Shown here piece after piece: positions 50,101 through 62,200 of a DNA stretch of 64,000 bases. The position numbers and the translations under genes are program-made. Under the pieces are notes generated by a model, which ran no database searches, was not told where the DNA came from, and saw nothing but the letters and a program-made list of their open reading frames with translations. The number at the start of each line of letters is the position of its first letter. The stretch's first letter is position 1. The stretch is taken from positions 7,130,001 through 7,194,000 of the forward strand of contig CM120645.1 in NCBI GenBank assembly GCA_051362555.1, written 5' to 3'. The stretch is from Lingula anatina (lineage: Eukaryota > Animalia > Brachiopoda).

Positions 50101-51095
50101 AAATTCCAAATGATTGGGTATGAATTAATAAACCACCCTAGATCTCTGGGGAGTTTACCCGAACAAAAAACAGTTGAGTTATACACGTACCCGGGGCCTC
50201 ATAACAAATAGCGCCTTTTCTGAAGCAAGGGACGTTAACTCTTCCTGCTGCGGTACCTGTCTGGGTTTGAGATAACGCTGAAATAAAATATGTCCATTAT
50301 TATTATTATATTTTCTTTGCATATTAGTTATTGATATAAGTTTTCATATTATTTGTATTCAATAATATAATGAACTTTTTTTATTAATTTCCATTGCACT
50401 TTTCATTATTCGCATTGTCATTGATTTGATGTTAATCATAGTGAAGAGAGCCAACACATGTAATTATTTTATGAAACCGTGCTCTATAATCATTATCATT
50501 ATCATTGTCATCATTATCATATCCATCATCATCATAATTATTATTGTTCCTTTATATTATCATTCTTCTTCTTATTATTATTATCATTATTTCATGTAAT
50601 CGATGATTTCATTTTTTATTCAAAACAATATTGTTCCCTAGTAAACCCATCTCTTATGTTATTACCTCGATAAACAATAAACTTGCTGTCTTTCAGAGAT
50701 TTTGTGAGTAAGATACGTGTGTGCGTGTGTATAGACAGTGTGTATGTGCGTTCGTATGCGTTTGTTTGTGTGTATTGAATTAATACACTTATTAGAAACA
50801 AAACTAACCGATTGGAAACATGAGTTAGTATATACAAATGTTATATAGCAATTTTTCCTTTACTGTCGGCTTTTTTTCCAAGTCACATGTACACAATTTT
50901 ATCTAGTGAGTAAGGCAATGCTACGTTTTCCAAAATCACTCTCTCAATTGTCCTTGATAAAACATAAGCTCACTTTCCAAGATCCTAATTTCTTACAATA
51001 TGATATTATTACACGAATGGTAAAGGCTTACCTGACTGAAGGACTATTGCAATCAATAAAACAGCTAAAGTAGTCACAGTAAAATATGTCTCCAT
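43137..51095 (-). CDS. Gene G3: type I transmembrane collagen-EGF protein, ~812 aa (~500-aa collagen domain); G2/G4 chimera
   Basis: Exons: 51095-51032 ([21 protein letters not shown]), 50277-50191, 49162-49067, 48806-48663, 48269-48090, 47859-47719, 47558-47352, 47021-46722, 46329-46195, 45951-45880, 45655-45584, 45327-45127, 44872-44747, 44501-44403, 44134-44012, 43733-43581, 43375-43137 (TM, tail ..[12 protein letters not shown]). GT-AG, phase 1, frame intact. Confidence 0.9.
47107..47180. repeat. (CT)n(GT)n compound microsatellite
   Basis: Direct reading; same intron position as in G2. Confidence 0.9.
50007..50067. mobile_element. Possible micro-MITE
   Basis: CCATGGAAGTT / AACTTCCATGG inverted ends; no TSD seen. 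Confidence 0.35.
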
Positions 51096-51500
51096 TTTAG
51101 GTGTAGATTGCAAGCTTCGTTCCTTTGTATTTCTCCACAATTACCAGCTAGAAACCGCGATCCAACCAAAAATTAAATGAATAAATAAATAAATAAAATA
51201 AGTTTTAAAAAATTTAAAAATGACGTGGAAGAATAGAAAGACTGAATATCAATATTCATATACAATCTTGACTACAACGAAGTGATAAACATGCGTCATA
51301 CGATAGGTGACTTTTTGTCGTGCATTTTCTGAACTTTATATCGCAAACGTATCTTTGAGATGATGTAGTCTCTTGTAAACAAACTAACCACGATGAAAAT
51401 ACCTTTATATTATTCGAAACATTTTTGCGATATTAGTTCCAACGTTTAAAATGTGTATAACATGTCTAAAGACGGTAATATTGCATTCAACAAACCTCAC

Positions 51501-51657
51501 CTGCTTCTTCTCTGGCAAACTGTGGAGCCGAGGGACCGACACCCAGAAAAGCACATCAATATGCATACTTGCGTACGATTGGGCTGGAGGGTAATCCTTT
51601 AACTCGCCCAACCAAACAGGTAAAGTAAATACTCCAGCCAACGTGAGGCCATTGTGC
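51501..51657 (-). promoter_or_regulatory. Putative G3 promoter and non-coding first exon
   Basis: Conserved with 32772-32922; same donor and motifs. Confidence 0.6.
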
Positions 51658-52755
51658 ATTAGATAGGGGGAGGGGGCATGCTATCACAGGCACTTGGTTA
51701 CTGCGAAGAGCCCGTGGCACGTAGCTGGGGTGTTTGAAACTAGCTTTTCGAAACGTTAAAATACATTTTGTTATAGCCAGTTCTCGTTTTTATATAAATA
51801 TATGTTTTATGGATTACATCTTTTCAGAAACAGGCCACATGAACACCCACGGGCCCGATATACTCAGTAAGTTGAATATTATGTTGAACACGTTCAAGTT
51901 TGGTTGAGAATATGAGAATATAAACTATACCAAAATATTATTACACATATGTTTGTAAAGCATACATTTAATGTGTTATTCATAGTACATTGTTGGTCTA
52001 GGCGCATCACTCTTATTTTGACTTGCTTTTCAAATGAAGTCTGTTGTTGGATTGAACCAAATGTAGGTATCCCCGAAGGTTTTATCAGTTTGTTCAAACA
52101 GTGGATTTCTGTGCTTTGTGGGAGTGGGATGAAACAATGAGATCTATTGACAAGATACGCAGTATGTGTAGGCTATATGTCACCTACTAATCCTGAAAGG
52201 TATCCTCCATAAAGTAAATGGCTTCAGACGAAACTCACTGAGGCAATTAAAATCTAATAAATATTCATGATTTTCCATCTGGGCGTTTTGTCGGTTTTCT
52301 CACAGATCCCCACAATTATACTGACACAGCCATTCTGTCAAACAGACAAAAATGGGACATTTTTATATATATTCAGGAAATATTTGATATGAAAGATAGA
52401 CATTTTTTGTGTCACTTGATGACGCCGAGCTTCTACCCATTGCCAAAACGGAGAAATGAATACATACATGTAGTCCGCAATACTTTTAAAATGTCCTTTG
52501 ACGCCTTTCCCATTATCACATTTCACAACCACTTGTGCTGGACACTGCACTCTGTTTAGTTATTTTTCAAATCATTACGCCTCTGACAGGGTTGACTTTT
52601 TTTTATTTCGAGCTTCTTTGAATATTTCTACCCGCATGTCTTAAAATAGCTATCACTATTTTCACTGTAGCATTTGAATAATTTCCTACCATTTTTATCA
52701 AACTTTCAAAGAAGAATAACACCAAGTTTACAAAATTGTTATTAATAAATATCAG

Positions 52756-52761
52756 TTTATT
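52756..52761 (-). terminator. Putative G4 polyadenylation signal (AATAAA)
   Basis: ~490 nt downstream of the G4 stop, in a block also conserved at 33820-33970. Confidence 0.55.
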
Positions 52762-53247
52762 ACAATATGATAATCAACCTCAATAACACATCAATGCCGT
52801 TGGGAAAAAGTTAAATATACCTAAAAGATTATACATGTAATATTACAGTTTTAATGGAATTTTCTCGTTACTGAAATCTATATACAGTATGCCACTGTTT
52901 TTTGTAATCTCTCATACTACTTACATGCTCCATTTTCCGAATGAATTTATTACGTAGATATAAATAAATGACGAATGCAAAATTAGATAAACCACTACAA
53001 ATTTTTTACACTAGAATACTAACGCAACGTGACTGAAAAAAACATTAACAGACGTTAAAATTGAACCATTCATACGTTTTAATAATAAAATATTTGTGTA
53101 CAACGGACGGAATGCCTTTTGCTTAGGTAAGTGTTCTGCGCGGCGTTTCAGTCTGTAAAAAAAACCCTCATAAGTCACAATTACTGAAGGCCAGTATCTC
53201 AACAGCATAGGAGCATCATGACGTCATGCCTGTTGTAGTGAATGACG

Positions 53248-56200
53248 TCAGTACTCAGGAACCATACGTGACGTTGATCCGCCCATCGTGGTTGTACTGT
53301 AGGCTGGGATGTCATCAAATGCGTATTCCGCGGACTTCCCGGTCGTGTCGGGCCTTCGCTGCTTGAGACACATGGCAAAGCTGCCCAAGACGTGGAGTAT
53401 TACTGCGCCAGTGACGAGAGCAATCCAGATCGTTAACACATCTGTCTCAAGGCCGATGCCATTCTGTTTCAAGGTACTTGATACGCCTAGAAATTGAAAA
53501 AAAAAATACTGTCGTTTTAATGGAGATTATTTCTATGTTATAGAAAAAAATTAAGACAAAAAATCTGCACAAATAAATTGACATACAGCAGGTTAAACAT
53601 TCCCGTGACACGTACAAGTAACAAGCGCAATCTTACTGGTATATAACGCTAGCAGCACATAGTAAATTAAAACCAAGACTTCTATTTCTACGCACAATTG
53701 CCATCCGAGAGAGCTACTGACTGTTTTGTCTGGAAAAATTAACATAACGTTAAAATCTAAGTTGAAATACTCACTTGTCTCTGTAGGGTCAGCGCTACCG
53801 GACTGAGCACCTGTCACCGAGGCTATGGCGTTTTCTTGGAAACATCGGTAACTTCCGTACGTGTTGATACAAGTAGCTCCACTCGGACACACTTTACTGA
53901 GTGTGGCGTTCTCACACTCGTCAACATCTAGAAAAATTAGATTTTTATTATCGTTTTTAATGACAACGGTGCCGGGTGATATTAACTACAGGTAAGCTTT
54001 TAAATTTAGAGTTTATTAACAAGCAAAATTCTTATTTATTAAGGCATGTTTTAAACAATTGTGAATATTCCAATAACGTGCACGTGAAAGCCATTGTGTT
54101 TGTTGGGTAAAATTGCTTGCGTGTCTCTCTATTTTCAGTAGCAATCTTACCGACACACGTGTGCATGTCCGGACCGAGGCGGAATCCTGGTACGCACGAG
54201 CAGTAGTAACTTCCGTCTGTGTCTGTGCACTTCTGGTGACAGCCACCGTTTGCTACTGAACACTCATCGAAATCTGAAACAAAAAGAAAAAATGGTGTAA
54301 CGGAAGATATAATAAAGAAAATTCCACAATATTCAACTTTTACACATTTCAATATTACAGTCAATAAAGGTCCCAAGGTGCAGTTTATATTCAAGTCCGT
54401 AGTTTTAGGTATATTTTAACCAAGGAGTTATACTTCTGTTATAACTCCTTGTTTTAACAAATGTCCATGTTACCTTTAAATCTACGAATAGGCTACATGC
54501 TAATATAAACACTCTGAACCCTAACATGATAGTGCCACAGACATTGTGAAGACATCAGTACTTACTTATGCAGTCTGTGCCATTGATAGGTATCATCTTT
54601 GTGCCAATATTACAGATACATTGATATCCAGCGTCTAGTGTCTCACGGCAGACGATGTTATCGACTGAAAATAATTTTAAAAACAATTAAAGGGTTATAG
54701 AACATGATTTTCTCAATGGCTTTTGATACTTGTATGGTATGATATACCCTGGTGGTAAAGAAATTTATGCTGTAAATTATTTAAAATTATTTCATGCTAA
54801 TTCTTTTTTATATTGCGATTTGAAGTTCTAGAGCGAATTCTAGATCTTTGTATCTTTTAACAGCGTGACTTACTTGTGCATCCGGGTATCATAAGCGGTT
54901 CCAGCTTGTATCCTGCCTTGCACATACAGCAGTATCCGTCGTACGTGTCCACACAGATTTGAGAGCAATTGCCGTTGTTGTCCTCACACTCGTTGGTGGC
55001 TATATGAAAATTATATCATTAAAGAGAAATGAAAGTTAATCTGCGAAGATATTAATATGTTGTTGCTTATCATATTCACTTCATTTGTTAATTTGCTGAC
55101 AGCCTTTTGCTTGGATGCAGGTTAGAATGAAAAAGAAATGCTGGGCGAAGCAAGGCAAGAAAAAAAAAAAAAAAAAAAACGGAGGACCTTTTCATTATAA
55201 TACATACAGTAGGACACATGTATAAAAACTGCTGTTTTGAATCATTTAGCTCGTTAGACTGTTTTGAGAGGGTGAAGGGATAGAAAGTGCTATCTCCCTA
55301 GCTAGCTAAGGGGCGCCCTTCCCCCGATCTACCATAGCATATCATGGCGGTTCTTATAGTATTTTCCCAATGTTTTACTTACCAAATGGCGAGGAGGGTC
55401 CCGGTGGGCCAGGGGGTCCCGGGGGTCCTCCTGGAGGTCCGGGTGGCCCTTGGGGGCCCATGGGACCCACCAGGCCGCTGAGACCCTGGGGGCCTGTTTG
55501 CCCAGTGGCACCACTAGCGCCAGTTGGTCCAGTTTGCCCGGTTTGTCCAGTGCTACCGGTCGCACCTGTAAATCCGATGGGTCCTGCAAAAATAAAAAAG
55601 GTATCAGTTAAGTCATATTTTTGCAAATAATGATTTACAAGAATCAAATATTCCAAACTTGTAGCCTGTGAATAATCCTGATCGTGACAAAAAAAGGTTC
55701 CACCCTGTACTAGTAACTTAATTCTTGTTGAAAAAAATTCCCCCCCCCCCCCAAAAAAAAAAAAAAAAAAAAAAAAAACATTTTTCCATTTTTTGAATTG
55801 TATTATTTTTATGCAGTAGTTTGTCACATAATTATTTAAAAAACTGGTTAAGAAGACTGTGAGAAATTTTACCTATTGGTCCTGTCTGGCCTGTTACGCC
55901 AGCAGCGCCCCTAGCGCCTAAATCACCCTTTATTCCCTGAGGTCCTGGAAACATATAAAGCTAATTAACACATTTCCGTTGCACTAAACAATGATATTAT
56001 TGCTGTCCAAAGAATACTATACTCTGGAAAAACGTACAAACTACACGATAAAATATTATTCTGGTGTAGGTTGCCTACGTGTGTTAAGAACCGGATATTG
56101 ATATTCATCAATGCATAAGAATTTTCAAATATACAGAAGTGCCCTAACACATGAATTACACCCTGAGCTTCAGAGATAACTTGCCACTAACCTCTTCTCT

Positions 56201-59200
56201 ATAGGCTATAGTGAAGAGGTTAGTGGCAAGTTATCTCTGAAGCTCAGGGTGATGAATTATGATTATGTATGGAAATAAATTACCTATCTCTCCTTTTGGG
56301 CCTTGTGCACCAACGGCCCCTGCTGGGCCAGTCAAACCTCTTGGACCTGTTGGACCTAAAAGAATGAAAATAGAAAATTAGAAATCACTATTTAGAAAAC
56401 TGTCAAATACTGTCAAACAACTGAAGATGTTGGTTCAATCTGAAATATTCCTGAATAATGAATATCGCATTTCCTAAAAAAATAGGCAACTCATTAAGGA
56501 AACTCAACATTCGTACAGTAGCGTTAAGGTTTCTTCCCCTTTTATTCAAAAGCTAAGATGACCGTTACCTTGGGTGCCATCTTTTCCTGCGGCTCCTGTA
56601 GGACCTGCCACGCCCCTTTCACCTTTGACCCCCTGTGGTCCGGGGAGTCCTGTAGCTCCAGTAGCGCCATCTATGCCGTTGAATCCTCGAGGGCCGGGTT
56701 CACCTGTAATAGTGACGGATAGAGGTACAGGGTATTTTAAAAGTCTTGGGCGCATTCTAACAGTTTTGAATGTTTCACAGTCAGTCAAAAAATCACAAAA
56801 ATTATATACATATCTTAACCACAGATTTGACAACATAAAATGTCCAAAATTAAAGTTGCCTGGTGAAAGCCACGAAACTAGACCTATAGCTAAAATAGAC
56901 AAAGTAATGAAAAGGTCATTCATTTATACTACTGCAGTAAGACATTGGTGTAATAGAGCAAAAAGAAAACAGGAATAAATGTCTTAGGTACGCCTACCTT
57001 TATTGGTCCCTGGTTCTCCCTTGGGACCTTGCAACCCCGTAGGTCCCGCCGAACCCTGAAGACCCCTGGGTCCTACGCTCCCCGCGGGTCCCATGATCCC
57101 AGTATCACCACGTGCTCCCTGGATACCCTGAAGACCCTGGGGTCCCGTAGGTCCAACACCACCAGCGACGCCAGTTGCCCCTACAGGTCCTTGTGGACCA
57201 ACGTTGCCAATGTTGCCCTTTGGACCCGGTCCACCTACAGGGCCAATTTCACCTTTGGGACCCTGTGGTCCTTGTAGACCAACTCCTGTCAAACCTTGCG
57301 CGCCTTTGGTACCCGGTGGACCAGGGATGCCTTGAGGGCCTGTAGCTCCTGTAGCTCCGTCAAGACCTACGACCATATTACATGTAATTTAACCCTGAGT
57401 TGATAAAAATTTTCGCTGCGGTGCCTGATGAGTGCATAATAAAGATATATGACAAAAGACGGCTATGCTATATTAACAAATAACAAATTGAAAACCGGAG
57501 TAAAGCTTTCGGGCGTTATAGTGTAGGTGTACATTCTGTATATATCTGATCCTATATGCCATTTAAGTGGGCATCTACTGATTTATCTTAAGTCATAATA
57601 GATGAAATAATTTCTATTAAATTTGAAAGTTTCGGTGCAACATATTTGTAGAACCAAGTTCTTATGCATTTGTCATTAAAATTACCATTAATTCCCGCAG
57701 CGCCAGTCAATCCCCTTGGCCCCGTGACTCCAGGCAGGCCTTGGGCGCCATTAATGCCGTTGAACCCACGTGGTCCAGTAGGACCAACCAGCCCCTGCGG
57801 TCCTGCTGCCCCCTGTGGACCAATGCTACCTGAATTATAACGTCATGTAAAGATGAATAAGTGCCTGCCGGATCTTAATAATTTTTCCGAGACTTTGTTA
57901 GTGTAACCAAAATGAGCTTCCGCGCCGGTAAGCAATGCTTTTACCTTACCAAAAGAATAAAAATATCCACAAATTGATTCATGCTACTTTATTTTATAAA
58001 GCACAAGAATGTGTAAGAACCTTGTTAGCTTGTAAAATGCACGCGAAGATAATTATGCTTATGGTACTATTCTTTATAGCTAACTGAATGGATAGATGGA
58101 TGCACGGATGACGACTGGCCAACCGACTGCATTTATATTAATAATTAAAAAAAAACATACCTGCAGGCCCTACATCACCCTTAGGTCCAGCTGCACCTGT
58201 TTGTCCAGTCGGGCCCTGCAGCCCGGTGGCTCCTGGGAGACCCTGAATACCCTGTGCTCCATTCGCACCATCAAGCCCATTGGCACCTGGGGCACCTTTG
58301 TACGACAACCAAGGATATTAATGATTTTTAACACGTGGGTGATTTTCGCCCCACAAAGTCTTGGAGTTTTTTTTTTTTCAACAACACCAAATTGCCATAA
58401 CCATTACGAATGTGCAAATACAAATACATGCTTCTATTGCAACCTATGCACAGGCATGCACAGCTTAAAATGTATAGTTCGACAGGTAAGTACACAAGAA
58501 GCCGACAGTATACCACAATTAATTATTACTTTTTATTTAAAATCTAATCAGAGTACTTCATATTTAAACGAATCGCTAATTAAATTAGACAGCTTTGTTT
58601 AAAGTTTGACGAAACCACAGATGACGCCACAACGTTATTATGAATAATGTATCTTAATTACCTTTCAGCCCGGCCACACCCTGTAGACCCTGGGGCCCAG
58701 TTGGTCCTGGTAGCCCCTGTACCCCTGTGGGCCCTGTAGCCCCCACCGAACCCTTGGGACCTACACTTCCAACAGCACCCTGTGGACCCTGGGCACCAAC
58801 TGCACCCTGCGCTCCTTGGTCACCCTTGGCGCCCTGTGGACCGATTGGTCCTGTGGCTCCGGTAGCGCCTGTTAGAAAAAAACGCCAGATATGTACACAT
58901 GTGACATAAATGTCATCAATCACGCTTACATATGACATAAGTCTATTGTCACTTCCTGGAAATCTCCGTAATACGTCTTATTGCTTAAGTGTGTCTGCAT
59001 AGATCTATCATTTATACCCAAAATATCTCATTGATGAATATGATAAACTGACAGGTATGTGTATTTTGTACCAAGGATCTTAATCGTACTGTACAATTTA
59101 ACTGATGTGTTGTCTTACCGGTCGCCCCGTTAAACCCCCTAACTCCGGCCACACCCTGTTCTCCCTTGGCACCCTGTGGACCCACAGCTCCTTTGGCACC

Positions 59201-62200
59201 CACTATTCCCTGCGGGCCCACTGGGCCAACAGGTCCTGTAGGTCCTGTAGACCCGATTCCAGTTGGTCCTACATCTCCCTTTGGTCCGGCAACACCCTGA
59301 AGACCCTGGGGTCCCGTGGCTCCAGTTGCTCCTGCGGCCCCGTTGATACCTGTGTCAAAAATATGCTTTATTATTTCTTTAATCATTTCATTTATTTCTC
59401 ATTCATTTTATATGGCTCTTTTGTGAACCGGATAACGAATTAAGTCGATGCATTTGTTTCATCATTTTATAATTAATCATATCATTTCAACTGGTGAAGG
59501 GGAAAACCACAATATGAGCTATCATACATGGCACACTTAATTTTTAACAACTTCGTGTATTGCCACATGTTTACAAACACGCACCATTAACACCCGCGTC
59601 TCCCTTCTGCCCAGGTGCTCCCTTCTGACCTGCCGGCCCCTGTCCACCATTTATTCCATTAAAACCCCGTGGACCAGCTGGGCCTGTGGCTCCTGTCGCA
59701 CCAGCTATCCCCTGGGGTCCGGTGGCACCTAGAAACAGTTTGAAGTCGTAGCTATATACGTACAGGCAATTTTCTGTCTAAGGACTGGGTCACTTAAGGA
59801 GGCATCTCTTCTGAAAATTCACTTTCGAGCAGGTATTTGGCAAATGCCTACTACCTTTCTTTCTACAGCTGTCATGTTTTTCTTTCACTAGTATTTGTTT
59901 ATCCAGACTGTGATCTGAATACAGTATGCAGTTCAAAGATTATGTAGACTTAGTGGGAAAAAATTCAATCCATATCTAAACGTGGGAAACAGAGAAAGTT
60001 TAAATGACAGAGAAAGTTTAAATGAAAAAAATTACCTGTTGCTCCAACAGCTCCCTGAATCCCTTGTATACCCTGCAAGCCCGGTTCTCCTTTCTGACCA
60101 TTAACTCCATTCACACCAGCAGCTCCAGTAGGTCCAACAGGCCCTTGCTGACCATTAAGACCCCTAGGACCGGACGCACCCTGTGGACCAGCGGCTCCCT
60201 GAGGCCCTGTAGGCCCCTGTGCTCCCACTAGCCCTTGCACACCTGCAGCACCCTGTTCGCCTTTTGGTCCTTGTGGACCTTGAGCACCTTGGGGACCCAT
60301 TGGACCGACGCCGCCGTTGATTCCGTTGAAGCCACGGGCACCTGGTTCTCCCTTCTGACCGGGTAAACCACGCCCTGGAGCCCCTACGTCTCCCTTTGCT
60401 CCTGCTGGACCTACAAGTCCCTGAAGACCCTGTGGGCCAGCTGCTCCATTGGTGCCATCAGTGCCTAGAATGATACAGTTATATTATGTTATCAAGGTTT
60501 TTTGAAACTAATTTGCTTATTAGGAACTGATCTAAACTGATCATTCAAGATACACGGGAGATGGACAAAGACTCTAATAAGATTTTTCACATAATATTTA
60601 GTTTGAATACTTAAAAACAGAAAAATTTAAATCATAACATTCAGCACTTCTTATGTTGAGTCAAAAATGCACGCTCTCAAGCTCAAAGAACCAGAGTCAC
60701 TGAAATTATTCTCCAATCTCCAGGATAGATGGGATAACTTACCATCTCTTCCTGCAGGACCAGCAGGTCCTGTTGGTCCGGTATCTCCCTGTGCTCCGGG
60801 ACCACCGTTGATGCCATTAAATCCTCTGGGTCCTGTGGCACCGACAGCTCCAGTTGGGCCCGTAGCCCCAACAGCTCCAGCTGGACCTGATGATGGAAAA
60901 GAGATGTTTTTTTTTTGGTTGTAGAAAACAGAAATACTATAAAATCGTTGGTGGATAAGACCTTCTTTTTTAAGCTGTCTTTGAAGGCTTTGGATGCTTG
61001 AAAATGTTAATTTACAGCATAATTAACATTGCATACTTGATAACACTTTAACTATTAAAATAGTTATTATTTGTGAAGGGGAGATGTCACTCTGTTTAGA
61101 AATAACTGGATCAAGCATTCCTTACAGGCAACAGTGAGAAGCATTCTTAGCTTAAAGAAAAAATACCTATAGATCCATCTTGTCCTCTTGGTCCCACGGA
61201 CCCTGGTTCTCCCTTTATACCTTGCGGGCCTGCTGGTCCCGTGGCACCCGCCGGACCCACATTTCCAGGCAGACCTTGAATTCCCTTCGGACCTATGGGT
61301 CCTTGTGATCCATTAGCTCCTGCGGGACCTGTAGCTCCAGCGGGTCCAACTGAACCCTGTGGTCCAACACTCCCACGCTCCCCTTTCAGTCCTTGTAATC
61401 CTTGAAGTCCTTGTGGTCCGGTCGGACCGGCGGCGCCGTTCAAACCTGCTGGCCCTTGAGGTCCAACTGGGCCTGTTTGACCTACAGAACCGAACCCCGT
61501 GGCACCCCGTTCACCCTTGGGACCCTGAGGCCCAGCCACGCCCTGCTGGCCTGTGATTCCCTGGGGACCTGTAGGTCCTGTGGAGCCATCTTTGCCAGCT
61601 GGCCCACTTGGGCCTACCTGCCCTCTGGGGCCAACACTCCCCTGCGGTCCCACATCACCTTTAGGTCCTACAGGACCTGCTGGGCCCTGTAGACCTGTAG
61701 GGCCTTGTGGACCTGAAGTATAATGGTTGCTAAATGTATGCAATCGTACAATGGTACATCTATTTTCTACAAAGCTACGCACGTGACAAATGGTATCCTT
61801 GATATTCGATATATGATGTCACATGTAGTATGGGAAAAGATAGAAACGTTTAATCACTGTATTTATACTTTTTAAAACGATGGAAATAATCTACATTGTA
61901 CCGATATGCAAGGGCCTTAACCAGTGTTCTGACTCTGTATTTGAATCACAATTCTGTCAGTTCAAACAAAAGTAAAACTTGTTATAACCTGTCAACACGC
62001 TCCTAAGGGTGTCATACTCATGCACCGAGTTTATCTAACAGAATATTCATCATACAGTTAATATGGTAGTAGCCGTTGCCCAGAAGCAAGAAACGACTTT
62101 CACCTTGTAAACCCTGCGCTCCTGGTGCACCCTGTACACCCTGTGGACCCTGAGGTCCTGTGTCACCGGTTACATTGACGACTAGGACCTCTTTGATTCC

